Positions 27,772 to 36,408 of a DNA stretch of 36,730 nucleotides are shown in pieces (positions within the stretch are counted from its first letter, which is position 1; the number at the start of each line of letters is the position of its first letter). The notes under the pieces were generated by a model. The model worked only from the letters and a program-made list of their open reading frames with translations. It was not told the origin of the DNA and made no database searches. The stretch is taken from the sequence record DRR378314_1708; one strand, given 5' to 3'. The translations under genes and the position numbers were made by a program.

Positions 27772-28503
27772 TCAGACGCGCCCTAATCTCTGAATGGATG
27801 TTTTTGTAAGGCTGTCATCTTCTGTCATCAGTTTGACCGAGTTTTCGTAGGCCCGCTGGATGTCGATCAGGCGGGTCATCTCCAGAACGGCCTGAACGTT
27901 GCTACCCTCGACAAAGCCCTGCTTGACCTTGGGGGTTTCGATTTGTTGTGGGGCGGCAGCATCACCTGGGAGTTGATACATGCCACCGCCCAGAGACGTC
28001 ATCCGCGCCTCTTGTTCGATTTTGAAAACCCCGATGGTTCCCAGAACGGCCCCATCAGGATCGGTAATTGTGCCGCCTGTCGTGATGACAACATTCTGCC
28101 CTACATCATCCGGCAGGGTGACCGGCCCGCCGCCGGCATCCAGCAGCGGTAAACCCGTGGAAGTTTTCAACTGACCGTCAACATCGACCACAAATTGTCC
28201 ATGGCGGCTGTACCCGGTTTCGCCGCCATCAAGCTGAAATGACATCCAGCCCTCGCCGGATACTGCGACATCAAGGGGATTGCCGGTTGGCAGCAATGGA
28301 CCACTGGAAAGATCCAGATAGGTCCCCTTGTCCACAACATAGCTGATGTCATCACCAGCCGCAGTGTTGTCGACGGATTCCAGCAAAGGATTGATCGTCT
28401 TGAAGCCGGCTGTTGAAGCATTGGCCAAGTTATGGGCCGTCATATTCATGCTGCGCTCTAACGCAGTCGCCTGCGACAGCGATACATAGCCGATATTGCT
28501 CAT
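27772..28503 (-). CDS. flgF: Flagellar proximal rod protein
   Basis: YVSLSQ...AHNLANASTAGFK, TGNPLDVA, QGFVEGSNV...EMTRLIDIQRAYE. GGAGGAG RBS before ATG 28503. Confidence 0.92.
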   Translation of the reverse strand: MSNIGYVSLSQATALERSMNMTAHNLANASTAGFKTINPLLESVDNTAAGDDISYVVDKGTYLDLSSGPLLPTGNPLDVAVSGEGWMSFQLDGGETGYSRHGQFVVDVDGQLKTSTGLPLLDAGGGPVTLPDDVGQNVVITTGGTITDPDGAVLGTIGVFKIEQEARMTSLGGGMYQLPGDAAAPQQIETPKVKQGFVEGSNVQAVLEMTRLIDIQRAYENSVKLMTEDDSLTKTSIQRLGRV

Positions 28504-28585
28504 GATAATCTCCTCCGGCGGGGCAGACACCGAAAATATTCATTCAGATGGCAGTCTGTTGCAAAAACAAAATTTCATAACTACA

Positions 28586-28607
28586 AGATTAAGGCAAGGT
28601 TTAATCT
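28586..28607. promoter_or_regulatory. Inverted repeat AGATTAA-N8-TTAATCT in the flgF divergent promoter (CtrA-like half-sites, non-canonical spacing)
   Basis: AGATTAAGGCAAGGTTTAATCT. Confidence 0.5.
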
Positions 28608-28622
28608 GTTGAGCAAGAATAA

Positions 28623-30419
28623 ATGTGTTTATTTAAACTACATAGGGCCTTCCCCGGCTTAATCCTTGCTTCGGTGGCGGGGCATATTCACGCGGAACCG
28701 ATGCTCACCGCCGCCGCAACCACCATGGAGGCCCCGGTGCGGGCACAGGATTGGCAGCGCGATCTTGACCTGCAACACTGGGGGTCCGCCACGTTCCACG
28801 CCGATCTTTCTTCTGCAATCATCGCGCTTAGTGCCGCGCATGGGGCAACGAAATGTGCGGTCATGCTGGACATCGCGGAACTCTACCTGACGCATATGTT
28901 GCTATATGAGGCCCGCACAACGCTGGAGGGGATCACCCCGGTGACACCGGATCAGGCCCGCCGCCTCCGCGTCTTGAAAAACGCGACCTCTTTATTGTCT
29001 GGTCAGGCGGTCGAAGATTTCACCGGCTCTGCATTAAACGCGACCAACCGGCCTGATCGGGCATTCTGGGCCGCGCTTCAGGCGATTGCACATGCGGACG
29101 CAGGCATGTTGAGCGCAAACATCAGGGGCAGTTTTTCCGGGCTTGGCCTTCAATCGCGGGCCGCGCTGCGGCAAATGCTGCCCGTATTTATCGAAGCGGC
29201 GACAGAGCTGGGTGAACAGGCCCATGCCGCGGCGGGCTTGAAACTCTTGGCAGAGCTGCCCGACCTTGCAGATTCCTCGACTGGCCAGTTCCTGCGGGGA
29301 CGCGTTGAGGAACGGCGCGGCAACAACGCTTCGGCGCTTAAGGCATATTTTTTGGCTGCCGAAGGTTGGGATGAATACGCAGCCCGCGCACGTTTGGCAG
29401 TTGCCGATATGTCCTTGCGTGATGGCGGGTCCGGTGCCCTGCTGTCGGCCCAAAGCATTTTACAGGATGGTGCAGAAGCATGGCGGGGCGACCGCTATGA
29501 GTTGGAAATCCTTAAACGTATGGCGCGCCTATATGCCGGGACGGGCGATAAAATCGAAGAATTGCTGGCCCTTGGCAGATTGTTGAAACGTTTTCCCACC
29601 TCTAGCGAAGCCAAAGGCGGGCAAGAACAGGCAAAGCAACTTTTGAACGACCTCTATCAAGAGGGCCGCAGCGGCAGTTATCCCTTGTCCGAGTGGATGT
29701 CCGCGCATCTACGCTTACTTCCATTTTTTGGCGCGTTCCCCGAATTTCCTGCCCATACAGAAGCATTGGCAGATTATGTTCTTGGTTTGGGTGCCACAGA
29801 TCTTGCAGCCAAGGAATACCTGCGCGCCATTCACGAATATTCAACGCGCGACAGCCAAACGCATAAATCAGATGTGACGCGCTTGACGCTAAAGCTGGCG
29901 GATGCGCAGCGGCAGGCGGGGTTGTTACCGCAGGCACGTGCGACACTTGAGGCCATGAAGCTGGAAACGGTTGATCCACAGCATGACGCCCATGCCACAT
30001 TAGCCGCAAAGGTGCTGTCTGAGTTAAATGATGGACCAGCCTTGATGCAAACGACCCTAACCACCCCAACGCCCGACCATCTGCGGGATCTCGGCATGGC
30101 GCTGTCCGATGCCGAAGAATGGGGTGAAGCCACCGCTACCTTTCTACAGCTTTGGAAGGATCATCCGTATGAATTTGCCTTTGAAGACGCCACCAGATTA
30201 CTGATCGCTGCCAACCGATCAAACAACAGTGCAGCAATCAGCAAGGTGGCGCGCGCCTTTCCGCAGCTTACCAGCTCTGCGGCCCTTATTGATCTTGCAA
30301 AAAGCCTGAATGCGACACCGCAAAGCCTGATGCCATTAAGCGCTGAAAAAGTGGCTGACAGGTTGCAAAGTCTCGATGACGCGTTTCAAACCATCAAGAA
30401 TACAAGTGTATCACCTTGA
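28623..30419 (+). CDS. Hypothetical all-helical (TPR-like) protein with probable signal peptide, inside the flagellar cluster
   Basis: 598-aa ORF, Ala/Leu-rich helical repeats such as FLRGRVEERRGNNASALKAY and LGMALSDAEEWGEATATF. N-terminal hydrophobic stretch ending IHA/EP. Confidence 0.75.
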   Translation: MCLFKLHRAFPGLILASVAGHIHAEPMLTAAATTMEAPVRAQDWQRDLDLQHWGSATFHADLSSAIIALSAAHGATKCAVMLDIAELYLTHMLLYEARTTLEGITPVTPDQARRLRVLKNATSLLSGQAVEDFTGSALNATNRPDRAFWAALQAIAHADAGMLSANIRGSFSGLGLQSRAALRQMLPVFIEAATELGEQAHAAAGLKLLAELPDLADSSTGQFLRGRVEERRGNNASALKAYFLAAEGWDEYAARARLAVADMSLRDGGSGALLSAQSILQDGAEAWRGDRYELEILKRMARLYAGTGDKIEELLALGRLLKRFPTSSEAKGGQEQAKQLLNDLYQEGRSGSYPLSEWMSAHLRLLPFFGAFPEFPAHTEALADYVLGLGATDLAAKEYLRAIHEYSTRDSQTHKSDVTRLTLKLADAQRQAGLLPQARATLEAMKLETVDPQHDAHATLAAKVLSELNDGPALMQTTLTTPTPDHLRDLGMALSDAEEWGEATATFLQLWKDHPYEFAFEDATRLLIAANRSNNSAAISKVARAFPQLTSSAALIDLAKSLNATPQSLMPLSAEKVADRLQSLDDAFQTIKNTSVSP

Positions 30420-30551
30420 ACATCAGGTTAAAGCTGTACTTCAACAAGTTCAAAATGTTCAGTAATTTCCAATTCTTTAACTCTCCTTAAACTTCACTTC
30501 TTTAAGTGTACTGTAGAGACAAGAATAAAAAGACAAATAGAGGCGGAAATA

Positions 30552-31853
30552 ATGAGCATTTCAAGCGCACTCCAGACGGGTGTGAGTGGTCTTCAGGCCA
30601 ATTCAAAAGCGGTCGGCAGCATTTCTGAAAACATCGCAAATGCGAATACTGTCGGCTATCGCCGCGGCTTTGTTCATATGGTTACGACCACAGCTTCTGG
30701 CGGCAACCGCGAGGGTGTCTTGTCGGTCGCGGGCGTAGATGAGGTTGATATTTCCTCGGCAGGTGGCTTGATTTCCACCCAGTCCGGAACGGATCTCGCC
30801 ATCGGTGGCAACGGGTTCTTTGCCGTTTCAATCAACCCAAATGATCCTGTCGCGACGAATTACCTCCTGACCCGCGCAGGATCGTTCCTGCCGGATGAAG
30901 ATGGCAATCTGCGCAATGCTGCCGGTTACTACCTTGCCGGTTATCCTTATGGTTTGGATGGCACCATCGGTTCTGTCGATCGCAGTTCCTTTGACCAGAT
31001 GGAAACCGTGAATATCGGCAACATCAATATCTCAGCCGGGGTTTCAACTGCAGTCACCGCCTCCGGCAACCTGCCGTCTCAGGACACCGGTCTTGTCACC
31101 CCCGGCGCCCCTTTCCTGACCTCTTCCGAAATCTTTACATCCCTTGGCGAAAGCCAGCGTATCGGCCAGTCTTGGACACCGACTACCACGGCAAACACCT
31201 GGGATCTGGAATTGTCAGATCAAAATGGTGCCCCGCTTGGTACATTGACGGTCGAGTTTAGTGATTCCGGTCCTGAAGCGGGCTCTCCGCTGGCATATAC
31301 CGCCTTCACCTCAACAGCGACGGCGCCTGCGGACTTTAGTTTCGACGCGGCAACCGGTGTTGCTACGTTGACATTGGACAACGGGGCGACACCACAAGTG
31401 GTTGACCTTGAACTCGGCGCCCCGGGGACCTTTGATGGGATCACCCAGTTTGCTGGCGATTTCAGCCTGTCCTTCGACCGTGACGGATCCAGCGCCGGTG
31501 AACTTGTGCGCAGCGAAATTTCTCCTGACGGGGTGCTGTTTGGCATCTTTGACAATGGGATGCGCCGGGCGCTTTATGAAATTCCGGTCGCCATCGTAGA
31601 CAACCCGAACGGTTTGATCGCGGCAAAGGGCAATGCCTATAATCTGTCCGGCGAGACAGGATCATTCAACGCACTACAGGCGAACTCCTCAACCGTGGGG
31701 GCGATTAACGCTGGTGCGCTTGAAGGGTCCAATGTGGATATCGCCCAAGAGATGACCGATCTCATCAAAGCGCAGCGGGCGTTCTCGACCAATGCCAAGG
31801 TGATCACAACCGTTGACGAGTTGATGGACGAAACAACCAGATTGAAACGTTAA
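30552..31853 (+). CDS. flgE: Flagellar hook protein
   Basis: GVSGLQAN...ISENIANANTVGY, TDLAIGGNGFF, TRAGSF, GALEGSNVDIAQEMTDLIKAQRAFSTNAKVITT. Confidence 0.96.
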   Translation: MSISSALQTGVSGLQANSKAVGSISENIANANTVGYRRGFVHMVTTTASGGNREGVLSVAGVDEVDISSAGGLISTQSGTDLAIGGNGFFAVSINPNDPVATNYLLTRAGSFLPDEDGNLRNAAGYYLAGYPYGLDGTIGSVDRSSFDQMETVNIGNINISAGVSTAVTASGNLPSQDTGLVTPGAPFLTSSEIFTSLGESQRIGQSWTPTTTANTWDLELSDQNGAPLGTLTVEFSDSGPEAGSPLAYTAFTSTATAPADFSFDAATGVATLTLDNGATPQVVDLELGAPGTFDGITQFAGDFSLSFDRDGSSAGELVRSEISPDGVLFGIFDNGMRRALYEIPVAIVDNPNGLIAAKGNAYNLSGETGSFNALQANSSTVGAINAGALEGSNVDIAQEMTDLIKAQRAFSTNAKVITTVDELMDETTRLKR

Positions 31854-31875
31854 TTTCTTAATGCCGGAGTAAGAC

Positions 31876-33294
31876 ATGAGTCTGACAGGGGCACTTAATT
31901 CTGCATCATCGGGCCTGCGCACCACGCAGACATTGTCCAGTGTCGCCGCCGACAATGTGGCCAACGCGCTGACGCCTGGATACACAAGACGAAGCGCTGC
32001 GGTCGTGTCGACGGCCAATGGGCAGCGCGGTGTGACCATCGCGGATATACGCCGGGAGGTCGACGCCTCGCTCCAGCGGATGTCGCGTATGGAAACAGGA
32101 AAGATGGTCCGCTATCAGGTGCTTGATGAAGGGCTTAGCAGATACACTGCATTTCTGGGCCAACCCGGAGACGGAAGATCGCCGGCGGATAAATTCAGCG
32201 CTTTCCAAAACAGCTTTACCACGCTGATCAACATGCCCTCTGCCCATGGTGCACAATCAGGTGTCGCCCTTGCTGCGGAGGATCTGGCACAATCGGTGCG
32301 CGGCGCGGCGACCAGCCTTAGTACAACCCTAAGCGAAGTTGACATGGAAATGCGCTATGAGGTCGCCGACCTTAATCAGGCGCTGTATCAACTACAGGAC
32401 CTCAACGCCAAACGGCTGGCCTTTGAACCGGGCACAGCAAATGCGGCGAATATGGGTGAGCAGATCGATGGTTTGCTGGATCAGATTTCCGGCATTGTCG
32501 ACACCCGTGTGTCCTTCTCTTCCACCGGTACGGTAAGTGTCTACACCGTCGGCGGCGCGGCCCTGATTGAAGGGCAATCAGTGCAGGACGTGACATTCAA
32601 TGCAGGTGACGGCACCTTGATGGCCGGTCAACAGGATATCACCCCCTTCAAGGATGGCGTGCGCGGCCTGCAACACGGCAGTCTGGTCGGCCTGTCAGAG
32701 CTGAAACGCACAGTCATCCCGCAGTTCAATGCCCAGCTCGATGAATATGCCCGTGGTTTGATCCAGAGTTTTGAAAACGCCGATACCTCGCTGGCACCAG
32801 GCGAGGCTGGCCTGTTCACCGACAATGGCGCGGCCTACAATCCCGCCAATCTGACCGGTCTTGCCAGCCGGTTACAGGTTAATGAAAAAGTGTCTCTGAC
32901 TGGAGATGGCGAAGTGTGGCGCCTGCGTGACGGGCTTGGCGCGACCAGCGAAGGTCCGGCTGCCGATACAACCCAGATCGCGGCATTTGTTGATGGGTTC
33001 AACGCCGCCGTGGGCGCACCTGCCAGTACCGGAATCGCGGCCACTGTGACTTTGCAGGACTTTGCTGCAGAGATGGTCACCAGCCAGTCAACAGCGCGCG
33101 TTCGGGCCGAAAACAACTATTCCGCCGCCAGAACGGCAGCTGAAATGGTGAACGGCACAAGATCGAACGCAGAGGGTGTAAACATTGACGACGAGATGCA
33201 GCGCCTGCTGCTGATCGAGCAGAGCTATGCCGCCAATTCAAGAGTGCTGACCACCGTATCCAATATGATTGATACGTTAATCGCGGCAGTGTGA
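31876..33294 (+). CDS. flgK: Flagellar hook-associated protein 1
   Basis: ASSGL...ADNVANALTPGYTRR and EGVNIDDEMQRLLLIEQSYAANSRV. Confidence 0.95.
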   Translation: MSLTGALNSASSGLRTTQTLSSVAADNVANALTPGYTRRSAAVVSTANGQRGVTIADIRREVDASLQRMSRMETGKMVRYQVLDEGLSRYTAFLGQPGDGRSPADKFSAFQNSFTTLINMPSAHGAQSGVALAAEDLAQSVRGAATSLSTTLSEVDMEMRYEVADLNQALYQLQDLNAKRLAFEPGTANAANMGEQIDGLLDQISGIVDTRVSFSSTGTVSVYTVGGAALIEGQSVQDVTFNAGDGTLMAGQQDITPFKDGVRGLQHGSLVGLSELKRTVIPQFNAQLDEYARGLIQSFENADTSLAPGEAGLFTDNGAAYNPANLTGLASRLQVNEKVSLTGDGEVWRLRDGLGATSEGPAADTTQIAAFVDGFNAAVGAPASTGIAATVTLQDFAAEMVTSQSTARVRAENNYSAARTAAEMVNGTRSNAEGVNIDDEMQRLLLIEQSYAANSRVLTTVSNMIDTLIAAV

Positions 33295-33303
33295 GGAAAT
33301 ACC

Positions 33304-34386
33304 ATGACATTCGGCATCAATAACATTTCGACCCTGCAGTTCGCCTCGTTCAACCGTCTTAACGTGCAAAGCACCAGTCTGGCGCTGCAACGTGCCGGTC
33401 AGGAGCTGGCGACAGGACGCAAGGCGGATATTTTCGCCGATCTGGGGTCGAATGCCGTTTCGACCATCAAGATGCGCGCCCGCGAGGCGGATACGCAAAC
33501 CTTCATGAAATCCAATGACCTTATTGGGAACAAACTTGAGGCGATGGTGCTGTCCGTCGACACTGCACGCGACAATGTTCAGGCCGTGCTGGAACGCGCC
33601 ATTACCAATGCGTCCCGCCCCCATATCGACGCCGGGTCACTGCAACGCGATGCGCTTGCCGCGCTGGACACATTTGTTGCGGTGATGAACACCAGCCACA
33701 ATGGGGACCACTTGTTTTCCGGCCTCGACTCGGATGCTGTTCCCCTGATGCGGTGGTCGCAGACCAATGCCGCAACCGGTCTTTCGCCGCAGGATGCCAT
33801 CACTTCCATTTATGGTGCCGGCCCTGTTGACGCCGCAACGGCCGCAACCATCGCCGGTCAGATCGACCTTGCCTTTGCTTCAAATGATGCGGTTGATCCG
33901 AACCGGAACTTCGAGGCGACAATGTATCAGGGTACCCCCGCGCTTGATGGTGGCGGGCAGCCCTCAGAACAAGTGAAAGCCTGGGTCAATACCGGCCAAC
34001 AAGTGACCTATGGCGTGCGGGCGAATGACACCGCATTTGTCGAGGCTTACAAAGGGCTGTCCATGCTGGCGGTTACTGATGTCAGCACCTTGGATGAAGA
34101 TGCCTATGTCACCTATATGGATAGCGTGATCAACGCGCTAAGCAACGCGCAGGAAGGCATGCGCGCCATTTCGGCACAGATCGGGTTTAACCAGCAGATC
34201 GTCGAATCCGCGCAAAACCAGCTGACAGATCTTTCCCTGATCCAACGCACTCAAATCGGCAATTACGAAAACGTGGACCCTTACGAGGCAGCAACACGGG
34301 TGCAGGGATTGGAAATCCAGCTTCAAGCCAGCTACGAAGTCACATCCCGCCTGTCGGGCCTGTCGATCCTGAACTTCCTGAGATAG
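33304..34386 (+). CDS. flgL: Flagellar hook-associated protein 3 (flagellin-like)
   Basis: QELATGRKAD and VDPYEAATRVQGLEIQLQASYEVTSRLSGLSILNFLR. Follows flgK. Confidence 0.88.
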   Translation: MTFGINNISTLQFASFNRLNVQSTSLALQRAGQELATGRKADIFADLGSNAVSTIKMRAREADTQTFMKSNDLIGNKLEAMVLSVDTARDNVQAVLERAITNASRPHIDAGSLQRDALAALDTFVAVMNTSHNGDHLFSGLDSDAVPLMRWSQTNAATGLSPQDAITSIYGAGPVDAATAATIAGQIDLAFASNDAVDPNRNFEATMYQGTPALDGGGQPSEQVKAWVNTGQQVTYGVRANDTAFVEAYKGLSMLAVTDVSTLDEDAYVTYMDSVINALSNAQEGMRAISAQIGFNQQIVESAQNQLTDLSLIQRTQIGNYENVDPYEAATRVQGLEIQLQASYEVTSRLSGLSILNFLR

Positions 34387-34391
34387 CGAGA

Positions 34392-35096
34392 TTAGCCAAC
34401 CTGGGAAACGGTTTCGGGCAGCATAAGCCGGTAACCGCGTCCCTGTACGGTCTCGATATATTGCCAGCCGCTATCAGAAGCGGCAGCGATCTTCTTGCGC
34501 AGCTTACAAATATAAACATCGATAATCTTGTCGAACGGCTGATCTATACTTGACCCGTAAACCGCGTCATAGATCGCATCTTTTGAGATCACCTTGTTCG
34601 AATTCAGCGCCAGATGCTGAAAGACCGAATGCTCCCGCTTGGAAAGTTTGATTCGGCTGCCTGAAATAATCGGGTCACGCCCGTCAAAATAGGCGGTCAA
34701 TTCCCCCATGACGATGCTGTCAGCGGCATGGCCATAAAGCCTGCGGATCACAGAGTTCATCCGCGATACAACTTCGGTGCCGCGGATCGGGCTGACCATG
34801 ACATCATCCGCCCCAAGATCCAGCAGGCTTGAGGTATCCTGTGAGTTACGGAAGTTCCTGAAGACGATGATCGGGCTGACGCATTTCGCCGCTCTGAGCG
34901 CACGGATATGTTCGCGCAATTCGTCGCATTCGCTGAGCAATATCGCGCGGTTCTTCTGACCTGGCTGCATCAGGACACCAAGGCCGGTTGTAAAGAAATC
35001 GCTTGCTACAAACTGCGGGTCAATCCCCGCCTTGCGCAGCTCTGCCGCCAATCCTGGCCGACGTTCTTCCTGCTGTTCGTAAACATACGCTTTCAT
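34392..35096 (-). CDS. OmpR-family response regulator with degenerate receiver (Rem/FtcR-like with CtrA-like DNA-binding domain)
   Basis: C-terminal KIIDVYICKLRKK...YIETVQGRGY. The receiver lacks the acidic pair, the phospho-Asp and the Lys. A DGRDP motif is present. Confidence 0.88.
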   Translation of the reverse strand: MKAYVYEQQEERRPGLAAELRKAGIDPQFVASDFFTTGLGVLMQPGQKNRAILLSECDELREHIRALRAAKCVSPIIVFRNFRNSQDTSSLLDLGADDVMVSPIRGTEVVSRMNSVIRRLYGHAADSIVMGELTAYFDGRDPIISGSRIKLSKREHSVFQHLALNSNKVISKDAIYDAVYGSSIDQPFDKIIDVYICKLRKKIAAASDSGWQYIETVQGRGYRLMLPETVSQVG

Positions 35097-35161
35097 ATGT
35101 TTGCCAACCCCTGTTCTTTCTATCCTTGCTAAATATCAAGTATAGATTTTCTTTACAATGA

Positions 35162-35188
35162 TTAAATAGTGGATTAATTTTGAGTTAA
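35162..35188. promoter_or_regulatory. Triple TTAA array including a canonical CtrA-type box
   Basis: TTAA-N8-TTAA-N7-TTAA (35162-65, 35174-77, 35185-88) between the divergent regulator and flgI. Confidence 0.7.
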
Positions 35189-35250
35189 TCGTCGAGCGAA
35201 GATTTTGAACTATAATAAACACCTGTCCTTGCAGGTACGAGGTTAAGTAG

Positions 35251-36408
35251 ATGCGGGCCTTTATGAGAACTTTCTGGCGGGCTGCCCTGATCGGCACGAT
35301 TGCTTTTGCCCCACAGGTGTCCAGCGCAGAGGTGCGGATCAAAGATATCGCGAATTTTGAGGGGGTGCGCGAAAACCACCTGATCGGATATGGCTTGGTC
35401 GTGGGGCTTCTGGGCACTGGTGACAAGTTGAACTCCAGCCCTTTTACACGTGAATCCATTCGCGGGATGCTGGAACGCCTTGGCGTGGCCAATCTGGAAG
35501 GGTCCGACCTTAAGACAAAAAATACCGCTGCGGTGATGGTCACAGCAAAGTTGCCACCCTTTGCGAGGCGCGGCTCCCCTATTGATATCACCGTATCGTC
35601 ACTGGGCGACGCAACCAGCCTGCGCGGGGGCACCTTGCTGATCACCCCGCTGACCGGGGCGGATGGCGCGATTTACGCGGTGGCGCAGGGTGCTGTTGCA
35701 ACATCGGGGTATCGTGTGGAAGGCAACGCCGCCACTGTTGTCGAAGGCGTGCCCACCATCGCCAAGATCGAAAACGGTGCAATTGTCGAGAAAGAGATCG
35801 ATTTCAATCTGTTCCAACTGGACAGCATCCGCATCGCCCTGCGCGACCCTGATTTTACCACCGCCGACCGTATGCGCGATGCCATCAACGCACGCCTCGG
35901 CCCCAAGGCGGCAGAGGTGCTGGATTCCGGCACCGTAGAGGTCTGGGTCGATGGCAAGGCCAATGTCGCGGACACAATCATGGCTGTCGAAAACCTGACC
36001 CTGACACCGGATAGTGTTGCCCGCGTTGTGGTTGATGAAAAGTCCGGCACCATAGTCATGGGCGCGGATGTACGGATTGCACAGGTTGCCATCAGTCAGG
36101 GCGGTCTGACGGTGCGGGTGCAGGAAAACTATCAGGTCAGCCAGCCGGGGCCGGTCAGCTACGGCGGGGGGACAGCGATTGTCACGGGTGCGCCGATCCA
36201 AATTGGCGGATCGACCGTTGTAGTTCCCGAAACAGAAATCGACATTGAAGAACGCGACGGCAGTTTCACGATCCTGCGCGGCGATGTCAGCCTGCAAGAG
36301 CTTGTGAACGGGTTGAATGCCATTGGCGTTGGCGCGCGCCAGACCATTGCCATCCTTCAGGCGATCAAGGCAGCCGGTGCCCTACACGCAGATCTGGAGA
36401 TCATCTGA
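35251..36408 (+). CDS. flgI: Flagellar P-ring protein
   Basis: RIKDIANFEGVRENHLIGYGLVVGL.GTGD, AAVMVTAKLPPF, SLRGGTLL.TPL, ILQAIKAAGALHADLEII. Confidence 0.97.
   Translation: MRAFMRTFWRAALIGTIAFAPQVSSAEVRIKDIANFEGVRENHLIGYGLVVGLLGTGDKLNSSPFTRESIRGMLERLGVANLEGSDLKTKNTAAVMVTAKLPPFARRGSPIDITVSSLGDATSLRGGTLLITPLTGADGAIYAVAQGAVATSGYRVEGNAATVVEGVPTIAKIENGAIVEKEIDFNLFQLDSIRIALRDPDFTTADRMRDAINARLGPKAAEVLDSGTVEVWVDGKANVADTIMAVENLTLTPDSVARVVVDEKSGTIVMGADVRIAQVAISQGGLTVRVQENYQVSQPGPVSYGGGTAIVTGAPIQIGGSTVVVPETEIDIEERDGSFTILRGDVSLQELVNGLNAIGVGARQTIAILQAIKAAGALHADLEII

Noticed and set aside
27038-27793. 251-aa ORF antisense to flgG (likewise 35599-36297 antisense to flgI)
   Set aside because: Shadow ORFs of well-conserved flagellar genes.
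30476-30491. TTTAA-N6-TTAAA upstream of flgE as a CtrA box
   Set aside because: The spacing is not canonical and the region is AT-rich, so it is not called separately.
33304-34386. Possible flagellin (fliC)
   Set aside because: Position after flgK and the C-terminal DPYEAA...LSILNFLR pattern fit FlgL.
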